37,325 nucleotides of DNA. It comes from a virus (lineage: Duplodnaviria > Caudoviricetes). Made by a program: the position numbers and the translations under genes. How positions within the stretch are numbered: position 1 is the stretch's first letter; each line of letters begins with the position of its first letter. A model generated the notes under the pieces. That model saw nothing but the letters and a program-made list of their open reading frames with translations. It made no database searches and was not told the origin of the DNA. Below are positions 1 through 9,100 of this stretch, in pieces. The stretch spans positions 1-37,325 of the IMG/VR virus record IMGVR_UViG_3300032283_000266; one strand, 5' to 3'.

Positions 1-123
1 CCTTAGCCTCATCCAAATGCCGTGCAAATAGTTTGCGGTCGCACTTGGGATTATCCAGGTGAATATCAGAAGCTAGAAAGAATTCAAACGTTTCCCCGCA
101 TTTATATGGGATGCGGAACTCTA
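1..123. repeat. Terminal overlap of circular assembly (identical to 37203-37325)
   Basis: 123 bp exact match read directly. It lies inside a coding gene, so it is an assembly overlap rather than a biological terminal repeat. Confidence 0.95.
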
Positions 124-157
124 GAACTTCAGGGCTAAGGCGTTTGGTTTCAATCAT
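1..157 (-). CDS. Calcineurin-like metallophosphoesterase, 5' part (continues across the junction to 36499; 286 aa total)
   Basis: ATG at 157-155 overlaps the end of the upstream gene. Translation MIETKRLSPEVLEFRIPYKCGETFEFFLASDIHLDNPKCDRKLFARHLDEAK supplies the DxH motif missing from the ORF-track call. Confidence 0.85.
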   Translation of the reverse strand, partial: MIETKRLSPEVLEFRIPYKCGETFEFFLASDIHLDNPKCDRKLFARHLDEAK

Positions 158-842
158 CGTGGGGAGGGAACGGTTTGCATAAAATCGCCCAACCGCTATT
201 TGGCCCATCGACAAGCCAACGGCGATTGAAATTCAAGCGGGAATAGCGTTGGCCACGACCACCTGCACTACTTATATACCCCCCAGAGATTAAATTTGCC
301 TCCCCATTTGGGTCGTTAACTGTCCAAAACTGGTTGTCAAACCCCGTTAATACCGACCAATGGCCTCCTCCAGTTGGATTAAGGCTGCTGCCGTGGTGCA
401 ACCAACCCACAGCAGTAGGCCGACCGTTTCTTAGCTCATTTTCTACTAAAGTTACGTTTGCATTGGTGACAAATTTTGCGTCTAAGTTCATGCTTTGCAG
501 TGCTTTGACCTGGGCCATAGCGTCTGTGGTGTCCCCATAGCGGCTGCGAATTACGTTGTACGCATTATCTGAGGCGACACGCTTCCAGAACATTGCAACC
601 ATGGCGCATGAGCTGCTGAAGCACTCGCGGTAACCGGTGGGGCCGTTGTCTAGTTGGTACTCATAAGGCACGTCAAGTTGTACAGATAGTGAAAGCTTTG
701 CCGGTGGGTCGCTTCTAAACATCACCAAAAACTCTGCTTTTTGCTCGTCGTCAAGCTGATCCCAAGCAAAATTCCAGGCAGCCTGCTGGTGGGCGAGGGG
801 TGGTTGTACTGTGTTTTTAGCGGCTGCAAGAAAATTGCTCAT
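150..842 (-). CDS. Peptidase C39-like (papain-fold) protein, probable endolysin
   Basis: Q..RECFSSSCAM (Cys), GGGHWSVLTG (His), VNDP (Asp) catalytic pattern; lies downstream of holin-like genes. Confidence 0.75.
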   Translation of the reverse strand: MSNFLAAAKNTVQPPLAHQQAAWNFAWDQLDDEQKAEFLVMFRSDPPAKLSLSVQLDVPYEYQLDNGPTGYRECFSSSCAMVAMFWKRVASDNAYNVIRSRYGDTTDAMAQVKALQSMNLDAKFVTNANVTLVENELRNGRPTAVGWLHHGSSLNPTGGGHWSVLTGFDNQFWTVNDPNGEANLISGGYISSAGGRGQRYSRLNFNRRWLVDGPNSGWAILCKPFPPHDD

Positions 843-890
843 AACTTACTGGGATTGCTTGTATGATAAGCCTGCATTCCAACTAAACCC

Positions 891-944
891 ATGAAAAAAG
901 GCGGTAAAGGCTCTAAGGGCACTGGCGGCAAAAAAGGTTACTAA
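891..944 (+). CDS. 17-aa Lys/Gly micropeptide MKKGGKGSKGTGGKKGY
   Basis: Manual translation; TAATG coupling to the next gene; AACTAAACCC leader; TATGAT -10-like hexamer at 862-867. Confidence 0.55.
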   Translation: MKKGGKGSKGTGGKKGY

Positions 945-1114
945 TGGCTGACGCTAAAGCTGGCCTCTATATCAACATTGCACGTAAAAGAGCCCGCATT
1001 AAAGCAGGCTCTGGAGAAAAAATGCGTGAACCTGGGGCGGCTGGTGCACCTACAGCTAAAGACTTTAAAGAATCAGCTAAGACAGCTAAGCCACCCAAGG
1101 CCAAAAAGAAATAA
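944..1114 (+). CDS. 56-aa basic phage protein (GLYxNI..KR.RIKAGSGEKMR.PG..GAPT type)
   Basis: Manual translation MADAKAGLYINIARKRARIKAGSGEKMREPGAAGAPTAKDFKESAKTAKPPKAKKK; resembles a small protein I recall from aquatic phages; below the ORF-track cutoff. Confidence 0.8.
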   Translation: MADAKAGLYINIARKRARIKAGSGEKMREPGAAGAPTAKDFKESAKTAKPPKAKKK

Positions 1115-1115
1115 C

Positions 1116-1301
1116 TTAGGCCATACCCTTGGGTGGGTTTTTCAAACGCACTTGACCAGGGCGTCCCGCTCCCATGTTGGGAGCAAACACTCCCATCTTT
1201 TCGTCATATTTCACGGGAGTGCTAGGCCCTTGATTTGCAATTAGCAAATTGGGCTTTCCGCCCATTTGGCCCATCATCTGTTGCATACCGGGAATGCACA
1301 T
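1116..1301 (-). CDS. Hypothetical 61-aa protein starting MCIPG
   Basis: ATG at 1301 lies 1 nt after the upstream stop at 1303-1305; sub-part of track ORF 1116..1343. Confidence 0.6.
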   Translation of the reverse strand: MCIPGMQQMMGQMGGKPNLLIANQGPSTPVKYDEKMGVFAPNMGAGRPGQVRLKNPPKGMA

Positions 1302-1302
1302 G

Positions 1303-1551
1303 TCAGTTTCGGTCGTAAGGAGCATGAATTGAAATCTCACCACCTAACAAGCGACTAGCGCCTGTTTGCAATTCATCGTTGATAGGGTGTTCTATCACAA
1401 TGGGTAGCGGCGGTAACGGTTGAGTTTTATGCCATTCAGCTTCAGCAGCATCCAATTTAGCTGGCAAAGTCTTTTCAAACCACCATTGACGGATGGCCTG
1501 TTCTAACCGCCGTTCCCAAGCTGGTTTGCCAAAGCTGATTAGCCCTTTTTT
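1303..1551 (-). CDS. Start-less ORF, probable -1 frameshift extension of 1539..1679
   Basis: Open frame KKGLISFGKPAWERRLEQAIRQWWFEKTLP...RLLGGEISIHAPYDRN*. An in-frame TAA sits just upstream (1555-1557), there is no ATG, and the frame fills the gap between its neighbours. Confidence 0.65.
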   Translation of the reverse strand, partial: KKGLISFGKPAWERRLEQAIRQWWFEKTLPAKLDAAEAEWHKTQPLPPLPIVIEHPINDELQTGASRLLGGEISIHAPYDRN

Positions 1552-1679
1552 GCTTTAAGAAGATTAAGGATTTGAAACACCAGTTGAATGATGCTATTTG
1601 ATTTAAGGCTGGACATGCCAATTAGCTCGGAAGCTGCTGCTACAACAATCCAAAAGGCTGGATGGGATAAAAATTCCAC
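1539..1679 (-). CDS. 46-aa membrane microprotein, holin-like
   Basis: GTG start; MEFLSHPAFWIVVAAASELIGMSSLKSNSIIQLVFQILNLLKAKKG; hydrophobic segments and a basic C-terminus; ends in A_AAA_AAG. Confidence 0.7.
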   Translation of the reverse strand: MEFLSHPAFWIVVAAASELIGMSSLKSNSIIQLVFQILNLLKAKKG

Positions 1680-1684
1680 AATAA

Positions 1685-1933
1685 TTAGAGGGTGGTGGTC
1701 GCCTCAACTTTACTCACTCGTTGCTCAACAAGCGACAACCGGCCAAACAATTCACGGTTGGTCTCGCGCATATCAACATGGATAACCTCAAGCGTCCCAG
1801 AAATATGATCCAAACTTGTAGTCAACTTCGTGATTGCTATGCGAGATTCTTCATTGCGGCTACCTGCCGTCATGCTCACCACGCAGCAAGCGGAAATTAA
1901 AGCGCCTGCTGCTGCAGCAAGAATTTCGATCAC
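1685..1933 (-). CDS. Membrane-anchored coiled-coil protein (holin/lysis-associated candidate)
   Basis: N-terminal hydrophobic helix followed by a heptad region ending LSLVEQRVSKVE. Confidence 0.65.
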   Translation of the reverse strand: MIEILAAAAGALISACCVVSMTAGSRNEESRIAITKLTTSLDHISGTLEVIHVDMRETNRELFGRLSLVEQRVSKVEATTTL

Positions 1934-1966
1934 GGTTCAAGCTGCTGTTGCCGTCATTCTACCGGC

Positions 1967-2341
1967 TCAGGGGCCTACTGAAGTGACCCACCCGCCTAAT
2001 GCCTCATCCCAAGTGTATAGCTTGTTACCGTCAGGCATTGGAACTGGTGCTTCCCATAGGCAGGTGGCCTCATCTAACAACCAGCTTGGGTATGGCTTTG
2101 GTGGAATAAACGCATCACGGCTTGCGTCGTATGTGTAGCCAATCCCTGCGTAATTTTTGCGATACGGTGTGCCGCCACCGCTATGCACTCCGCCAGATGT
2201 GTTATAGCTGGTGCGTTTGCACGTTTGGCCGCGAAAGTTGCCGTAATGCACCTCCCAATCGGTGCCTTCTTCACCTTCATTTTTGCCAACAATCACCTCG
2301 GTGACGATGTTGCTTTCATTCAGAAATGCGTAGTGTGCCAT
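1967..2341 (-). CDS. Tail-fibre-associated hypothetical protein (MAHYA..KRTSYN..RKNYAGIGYTYD..RDAFIPPKP type)
   Basis: 124-aa ORF directly after the Gly-rich fibre gene; the motif pattern is familiar from aquatic phage tail modules. Confidence 0.8.
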   Translation of the reverse strand: MAHYAFLNESNIVTEVIVGKNEGEEGTDWEVHYGNFRGQTCKRTSYNTSGGVHSGGGTPYRKNYAGIGYTYDASRDAFIPPKPYPSWLLDEATCLWEAPVPMPDGNKLYTWDEALGGWVTSVGP

Positions 2342-2343
2342 GT

Positions 2344-3303
2344 TTAGCTCCAGGATACGTTGCCAGTACCGGCAGTAACGGTGGTTACTTTAAAACTGCC
2401 ATCAGTTGCTGTAGATAAAGTTAAGCCACCGCCAGGGTTTGAAATAGTGTAGTTGTTGGGATAGCGCAAAATGACAACACCGGAACCGCCTGACCCGGCA
2501 GTGGTAGCGCCGTTAACGCCGCCTCCGCCACCACCTAAATTTGTTGTTCCATCGTTTACAGTCCCGCTGTTGACACCAGCCCCGCCACCACCTGCGCCAC
2601 CAAGTCCTTGGGTTTTGCCAGCACCACCAGCACCACCACCACCACCCGCGTATGTTACCGACGATCCTGTTATTAAAACGGTTACCCCTGCACCGCCGGG
2701 GGTACAATCCCCAGACGGAATGCTAACGTCACCACCAACAGCACTAGCGCCACCGCCGCTTCCGCCAGACGTAAAAGTCGCTAGGTCTGAGTATGCTTGC
2801 CCACCAGCAAACCCTTGCCCTGACGTGCCAGAACCTACTGTCCCCGATGGTCCGGGCCTGCCAAACCCAGTTCCACCGCCGCTTCCGCCATTGCCACCAT
2901 TCTGAGCACCGCTAGTTTGAGCCCCGCCCCCGCCCCCGCCATTAGACGTGATTGTGCTAAATACTGAATTTGTGCCAGTCGTACCCACTGCAGCGTTGCC
3001 AACGACACCTGCTCCACCACCGCCAACCGTGACTGTGTAATTAGTGCTAACAACAAGCGTTAGCGCAGTTTCTAATGTACCACCGCCACCTGTCGCAGTA
3101 ACGGTAGAGCGTAATCCACCGGCACCACCACCGCCATTGCTGCCGCCACCACCGCCAGCAACTACGAGATAGTTTACCAATAGAGGTTCCTTGGGCCAAA
3201 TATCTTGGCTTCGCGCTAGCAATACTTCATTTAATGTCCATACGCCAGAAGCAACTGATGTAGTAGGCGTATTAATTACGCCAATAATTCCACCGTTACT
3301 CAT
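2344..3303 (-). CDS. Glycine-rich tail fibre/adhesin-like protein
   Basis: YLVVAGGGGG, YAGGGGG and GSGGSGVVILRY glycine-rich domain motifs; 319 aa. Confidence 0.8.
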   Translation of the reverse strand: MSNGGIIGVINTPTTSVASGVWTLNEVLLARSQDIWPKEPLLVNYLVVAGGGGGSNGGGGAGGLRSTVTATGGGGTLETALTLVVSTNYTVTVGGGGAGVVGNAAVGTTGTNSVFSTITSNGGGGGGAQTSGAQNGGNGGSGGGTGFGRPGPSGTVGSGTSGQGFAGGQAYSDLATFTSGGSGGGASAVGGDVSIPSGDCTPGGAGVTVLITGSSVTYAGGGGGAGGAGKTQGLGGAGGGGAGVNSGTVNDGTTNLGGGGGGVNGATTAGSGGSGVVILRYPNNYTISNPGGGLTLSTATDGSFKVTTVTAGTGNVSWS

Positions 3304-3641
3304 ACTGTAATCTCCAACGCGCTAAGGGTTACTTCTAAATCGCTTGCGGCTGATGCTGTTGCTCTGATTTTTTGCGATTGCTTAAGTATGAGTTTATTTG
3401 TAACTACCTCTAAAGACGCATCTGCTGGCACTGCAATAGTGCTAGCCAATGTGCTTAATACTGTGTTGCTGCCGTCGGTCACTGTAATTGTAATATTGGC
3501 TGCACTGGTGCCATCTACGTTGGCAACTAAACAGCTCAGCACAATGGCGCGATCTGCTGCATTAGCAGTAGGTGCCTGGTAAATATCTGTTGCACTGGTG
3601 GTGGTCAGCTTTACGCTGGCGTTGTTAAAAGTTTCAGCCAT
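3300..3641 (-). CDS. Small beta-rich tail fibre adaptor-like protein
   Basis: 113 aa, ANVDG..VPADASLEV..KLIL pattern; between the tail fibre and the Gly-rich gene; ATGA overlap. Confidence 0.7.
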   Translation of the reverse strand: MAETFNNASVKLTTTSATDIYQAPTANAADRAIVLSCLVANVDGTSAANITITVTDGSNTVLSTLASTIAVPADASLEVVTNKLILKQSQKIRATASAASDLEVTLSALEITV

Positions 3642-3645
3642 GGGG

Positions 3646-6150
3646 TCAGGATAGAGCGATTACAAGGCCAAGGCTTACGCCTGCGCTTGGTGTACTCCAA
3701 GTTAGTGTACCAGAACCATTAGTTCGAAGCACCTGCCCGTTAGTCCCATCGCTTGCCGGTAGCGTCCAGGTTACATTTGCAGCCACTGTCGCTGGCGCTT
3801 GGAACGCAACATAGTTGCTGCTATCAGAATCAGCAAAACGCAAATCGCCTTGCGCATTAAGCGTTATGTCGCCGGTAACAGTCACAAGCCCTGCACTGCT
3901 AATCCTCATCCGCTCCGTCGGACTGTTTGCCCCGTCGGTGGTAGTGGAAAACACTAAGCGGCCAGGCATGTCGTCAGCGCCGGGAGTGCCGTCTACTTCG
4001 CAGGTAACAGCCGCCCCGGTCTGATTAAGATCAAAGCCATCAGCACCAGCGAATCTAATCTGTCCAAGTGTGTCGCCAGATTGAACAACTGTGATTCCGC
4101 CAACTGAGTTTGAGCGGCTTTTGCCTAGGATTAAGTAAGAGCCATTTGTGTTCGCCTCATTGTTAACAATTGCAAAAGTTGAGCTTGCAGCGCCAGCCCC
4201 ATCCAGCAGGAATTGAGGGGAATAAAAGCCAACGTCACGCACACTGGACGTACCAAGTAAGAGCCTGCCAAAGCTGTCAATGGTTGCTCGCTGAGTGCCA
4301 CCAGTTGAGATAGCAAATTGGTCTGCGCCAGGGCTGTAAATGCCGGTATTTAAATCTCCATTAAAAGACAAACCAGGCAACAACACCGTCCCCAACGTAA
4401 TGCCAACAGGGCCAGCGAAAATAACGTTTTGGCTGCCGCCGCTGCTGCTAACACTAATTGCTGCAACGCCGCCAGTCGTAACGCTTAAATTATCTGCTCC
4501 TGTACTAAATAATCCAGTATTGGGATCTCCGCTAAAAAATAACCCAGGCAACAACGCCGTCCCTAGCGTGATACCAACGGGGCCGGTAAAGGTATCGCCG
4601 CTTTTTGAAATTAGATTGCCGGTAGCTGTTACACCGCCTTGCCATGCACTGCCGTTATAGACACGCAGTTCGTTGTTTGTTGTATTGAATACTAAATCGC
4701 CTGTGTCCAGGCTTGTCGTAGGGTCACTAGCCGCAACCCTGTATTGATTAGCAAAGCTATTTACAGAAGCAAGGTTTGTTGCAACGGTGTCTACGTTGGC
4801 AATACTTCCGCCGACAGCGTTGACGTTGGCAATGTTTACAGCAACAGTGTTGATCTCGCTGACTGGCTCGTTTAGATCATCAGCGACAGTGGTTACGTTT
4901 GCGCTGTTAGTAGCGACAGTGGTTATGTTCGCTGAAATGGCTGCAACGGTTGTGACTTCTGTTGCTTTTGGTACAAGCCGGTGGAAGCTATAGGTATTAA
5001 ATGTTGCAGTCGTCTCAACCAGCACGCCAAACCCAGCTGCTAGTACGGTCGTACCGCAACCAGTAATTATGACTGTGTTGCTGCCTTGGCCGTTGGAGAT
5101 ACTTACCGTGCCAGTCGTTGGCGTGCGGCTTGTAACCATCTCCTTAATGCTTACAATCGTTCCTGCGCCGTCATTAATGTCAGGGTTAGCAGCGGGGAAG
5201 CTGGTCTCGTTCGTAATGGGGAAGAACCCGCCTACGTCGTCAACTAAGTCAATAACCCGAGCGTCAATAGCTGCAGTCGTAGCAATAAAAGAATCGCTAG
5301 AACTCCATGGGTCACCGCTAGATATAGTCTCGGAAGTGTCTTGACGGAAGAATCTTGCGTCTGTTGCCGACGTGGTAAAAAAGCTTGTGTCGTTTGCAGT
5401 TGCAGCTGACTGTTCTGCCGCCGTAACAACAGCAGCCCCATTCATTTTTGCAACTGTTATTGAACCATTGAGGATATTTTCTACCTGCACAGCATCGTCA
5501 GCCAACTTGGCGTTGGTAACCGCATCAGCAGCTAACTTAGCTGTCGTAACATTTAGGTCTGTGATGTTAGCTGTTAACGCTGCAAACGTATCAACATAGT
5601 TTTTAGTTGCAGCGTCAGTGCTAATAGTTGGCGTGCCAAGCCCAGTAATTTTATTTGTGCCCATTGCCAGGGCCCCAGTCATGCTGTCACCAGCCTTGCT
5701 AACCTTTAACGCATCGGCAGTATCAACGTAAGATTTAGTCGCAGCGTCTTGGGCACTAGTTGGGTTTGCAACGTTGGTTATACGCACGCTGCCAGCTGTC
5801 AACAAACCGGTCGTGGGGTCAACGTTAACTGTTTGTTTTAATGCGTCGTCTAGTTCTTGTTCAATATATAAATTTTGCAGCGCCGTCGTATCCAGATCAG
5901 CTGCAACTAAAGTTGAGCCATCGGTATAATCCACCAGTACGTTGGCTAACGGTGTAATCCGTCGCACCTCTACCCGTAAAGAAGCCGCAGGGGCAGTTGC
6001 CACCTGAACGGTTGTGTTATTAACGTAGGTGTAAGCAGTATCAACAAAGTTAACAAAGACCTTAATGTGCTCCTTCCTGATGTAGGGATAGGTAATGGCA
6101 AACTGAGTGGTGGACCCGTTGCCCGTGTAAACCGCAGAAGAATAAGGCAT
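3646..6150 (-). CDS. Tail fibre protein (T7 gp17-like N-terminal attachment domain)
   Basis: YTGNGSTTQFAITYPY..VRRITP..DYTDGSTLVAADL N-terminus; two DAATKxYVD motifs; 10-aa coiled repeats; duplicated ~57-aa module; position after gp16. Confidence 0.9.
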   Translation of the reverse strand: MPYSSAVYTGNGSTTQFAITYPYIRKEHIKVFVNFVDTAYTYVNNTTVQVATAPAASLRVEVRRITPLANVLVDYTDGSTLVAADLDTTALQNLYIEQELDDALKQTVNVDPTTGLLTAGSVRITNVANPTSAQDAATKSYVDTADALKVSKAGDSMTGALAMGTNKITGLGTPTISTDAATKNYVDTFAALTANITDLNVTTAKLAADAVTNAKLADDAVQVENILNGSITVAKMNGAAVVTAAEQSAATANDTSFFTTSATDARFFRQDTSETISSGDPWSSSDSFIATTAAIDARVIDLVDDVGGFFPITNETSFPAANPDINDGAGTIVSIKEMVTSRTPTTGTVSISNGQGSNTVIITGCGTTVLAAGFGVLVETTATFNTYSFHRLVPKATEVTTVAAISANITTVATNSANVTTVADDLNEPVSEINTVAVNIANVNAVGGSIANVDTVATNLASVNSFANQYRVAASDPTTSLDTGDLVFNTTNNELRVYNGSAWQGGVTATGNLISKSGDTFTGPVGITLGTALLPGLFFSGDPNTGLFSTGADNLSVTTGGVAAISVSSSGGSQNVIFAGPVGITLGTVLLPGLSFNGDLNTGIYSPGADQFAISTGGTQRATIDSFGRLLLGTSSVRDVGFYSPQFLLDGAGAASSTFAIVNNEANTNGSYLILGKSRSNSVGGITVVQSGDTLGQIRFAGADGFDLNQTGAAVTCEVDGTPGADDMPGRLVFSTTTDGANSPTERMRISSAGLVTVTGDITLNAQGDLRFADSDSSNYVAFQAPATVAANVTWTLPASDGTNGQVLRTNGSGTLTWSTPSAGVSLGLVIALS

Positions 6151-9100
6151 CAGCGTAAAGCCTCCACAAAGTTGGAAAGGTTAGGTTGCCCGTATGTTGC
6201 CCTATATTGCACGTCTTTGTTGAGCCCGTCTATATAGTTTAGCTGGCGGGTGAGCGCTGGGTTCTGGTTCTCGTACAGCTGCTTGCCTCTTTGCTTAAAG
6301 CTGCTAATCACTCCATCAATTATTGTGGCTCTTGCACTAGCGTTTTGAGAACTGATCTCTTCCTGTGGCTGGGATCTGTAATGGTCAGACTCCATTGTCT
6401 CTTGTAACGCTTGGTACAAGTTCCGGCCAAATTCATCCCTAACGTAAGCCGTTAGCTCAATGTATTTGTTGTATTCACGGGGGCTAAGCCGGTTTTGCTT
6501 ACCCCAATCCTCAGCTGTAGGGCCTTTAAACTGAGCGCCTTTGCCGTGTAACAACGCCATTTCCTGCAGCACAGGGTCAATTTTAGGCCCTCTAGACATT
6601 GGTGACCATGGCATAAACTGCATTACAGCGCCCATCCATGGGTACTCAGGCGGTAAAAATTGATCGCCCATAATCCCTGACAACACAATTGGTTGGCCTG
6701 TAATCCAATTTAACCGTGGCGGTAAATTTGTTGACCAACCAGGAATCAGGTTTGCAAGTTCGCCCCTGGTCTCCTCAAACATGCGCATTGGCATACCGCC
6801 TAACCCGCCTTCCACGTCGCTTGGTTCTACTATTCGGGTATATGGATCAGCAATACGCCGAGTTGATCTTAAAGCAGAGCTGAAAGGGGTTAGGGATACA
6901 ACAAGGCGAGAGATATACCGTTCAAGTGGGTTGCGCTTATTTGGGCCTTGCTCCATTTGATCCATGCCAGTTAACGTTTCATACAATTCAGTAAATCCTT
7001 GGTAATAAGTTTTGCTTAATTGGCCTGCTGCTACAGCAGCAAGTAGATCCATTGTCAAGCCAGAACCCATTTGCTCTCTTGCTTCTTTTGGTAATTTATT
7101 TGCCACTTCAATGTAATCAGCGACTCCACCAAACAAACTAGCAAAAGGTTCAAAAGCCCTCATTGAATAATATTCGCTATAAATTGGCAGATCGTTTTCG
7201 TCTGTACCAATACGCACCCGGAAGGAATAAGGCGTCTTACCTTCATCCCTCCACTTTTGTTTTGCAGCAGGGTCTTGCGGGCCGCCGCCAGTGAATTGAG
7301 CTACACCTTGCGACATTGCGATAACAGTTAACGCTATCGCTCCAGTCCCCACCGCTACATCGCCTATTGCTCTGTCGCGTGTCATTGGATCAGTTGAATT
7401 TATATCACGCCAAAAGGTGTCAACAAATAGATTTACGCCAGGTGTCATCCGTGCTGCACTTTTTACAATGTCGCCAGGTGTGCGGTTAAAGGGCTGGATT
7501 ATAGAAAACACTGGGGCAAGGTTAATTAAATTTTGCCACACTAAAGGCATTGCGCTAAATGTTCTTGCAAAGAAAGGCATCTCATCACCTGCCATTGCGC
7601 CACCAGGTTCAAATTCAGCCATGATATCGTCAGTAAAAGTTGCATAGCGCATGGCTGTTTGCGCATGAGGCGAAGTCATTACAGCGTCAAGGATTGTGCG
7701 ACCATCAACAACAACGTTTTTGGTTGCTCCATTAACAGCTGCTTGAGAATATTCTTTAGCAAAATCCCATGCTTCTTGGCTGCCTTTTGGCATTCCCATT
7801 TCCTGTGCACGGTTTAAACCAGGCTGTAAATTGCGAACATATTCAAATGACGACCCAGCTAAAGTTTTAAAATAAGTGTCTAAAGCTACTTGAGTGCGGG
7901 TCGATAAATTTAAAGCTTGCCACATTCTTTTCTGTGCCATTGCCCACATTGATTTATCTTGTATATCAAGCCAAGGGGTAGTGTTAAGGGTCCATTCGCC
8001 ACTGCCTTGATATTGCCGCTCAACTCCTTGCTCAAGCATTGTTGCTTGCTCAGCTTGGGCGACAGCGTCTTGCCGCACTGCCTTGTCCAGGAAATCGACG
8101 GTGGTGTCATCAAGGTCATACAACCCACGCCCGGCTTTAAATGACTCCGTACCCAGCCTGTAAGCCTCTGACAAATTTTTGACATATTGGCCATATATCA
8201 TCATAGATTGGCCGGCTCTATTGAAATCAAGCTGCAAGCCTGCGCCAAGAGCTTGCGACACTGGCAGTTGAACCAACCGAATAACGTTGTTTATGGCGTT
8301 ACCCCACATTGTTGCTCCAGAAGACAACAGCTGGGCGGCACGATATACAACCAAGCCTCTTGAACCAATGCCAATATTTTTATTAATTTCAGTCCAAAAA
8401 CCCTTAGCAAACCCAGGGGTGACTGCTGCTTGGGCCATTGATCTTGCTAGCTGGTCGATCTCTTGCATTACCTTGGGCGACCCATAATCTCCAGTCCTAA
8501 TTGCTTGCTCAGCTTCTGGGCTTAATGCTTTGCCAATAGATTCGTCTATTGGGATGCCTTCATTAGCTGTCAGCCATTTCTCAATGTCAGCGCCAACATC
8601 TGCGTTGGTGAATGACAACGTGCCTGGTTCTGGTCGCTGGCCTTGCAGGCTGTAAAGCAATTGGCCAATAGGTCTAGTAATTCCTTCTAAAGCTGAAACT
8701 ACTGATTTCTGTTCCGCAGCTGCTGTTAACAGCTCAGCAATTAATTGGTTCATGTCAGAGCCGCTGTCGGCACCAGCATTTAAGAATCTATTAGCTGCAA
8801 CACCAGCTTCGTAGTTACGGGCATCGGTAAGAAGTTGCAAAGAACGTAATGCAACTAGGTTGCGCTCATAGTTCTTTAGTTCCCCGCTAAGGGGCTTTAA
8901 CGTATTAAGAATTGCTTTTGAATTGTAGCCATGTGAGTTAAGCCACTTATCAGCCCTTATAGCTATTGTTGCGTTATTTGTTACTTGGTTGCCAGTCAGT
9001 TCGACTCTGCTCATTACGTCGCTAAATGCACGGTAAGCAGCTACTGCTTCTTCTGGAATTGTTGGAACGTAAACCGTTGCGCCGCTACGGCTTTCAAACC

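Noticed and set aside
1-123. End-to-end repeat as the biological direct terminal repeat
   Set aside because: It lies mid-gene and the reading frame continues across it, so it is an assembler overlap.
978-1244. Track ORF 88 aa (+)
   Set aside because: Wrong frame; the ATG-initiated, coupled 944..1114 frame is the credible gene.
2471-2905. Pro-rich 144-aa + strand ORF
   Set aside because: Antisense shadow of Gly codons in the 2344..3303 gene.
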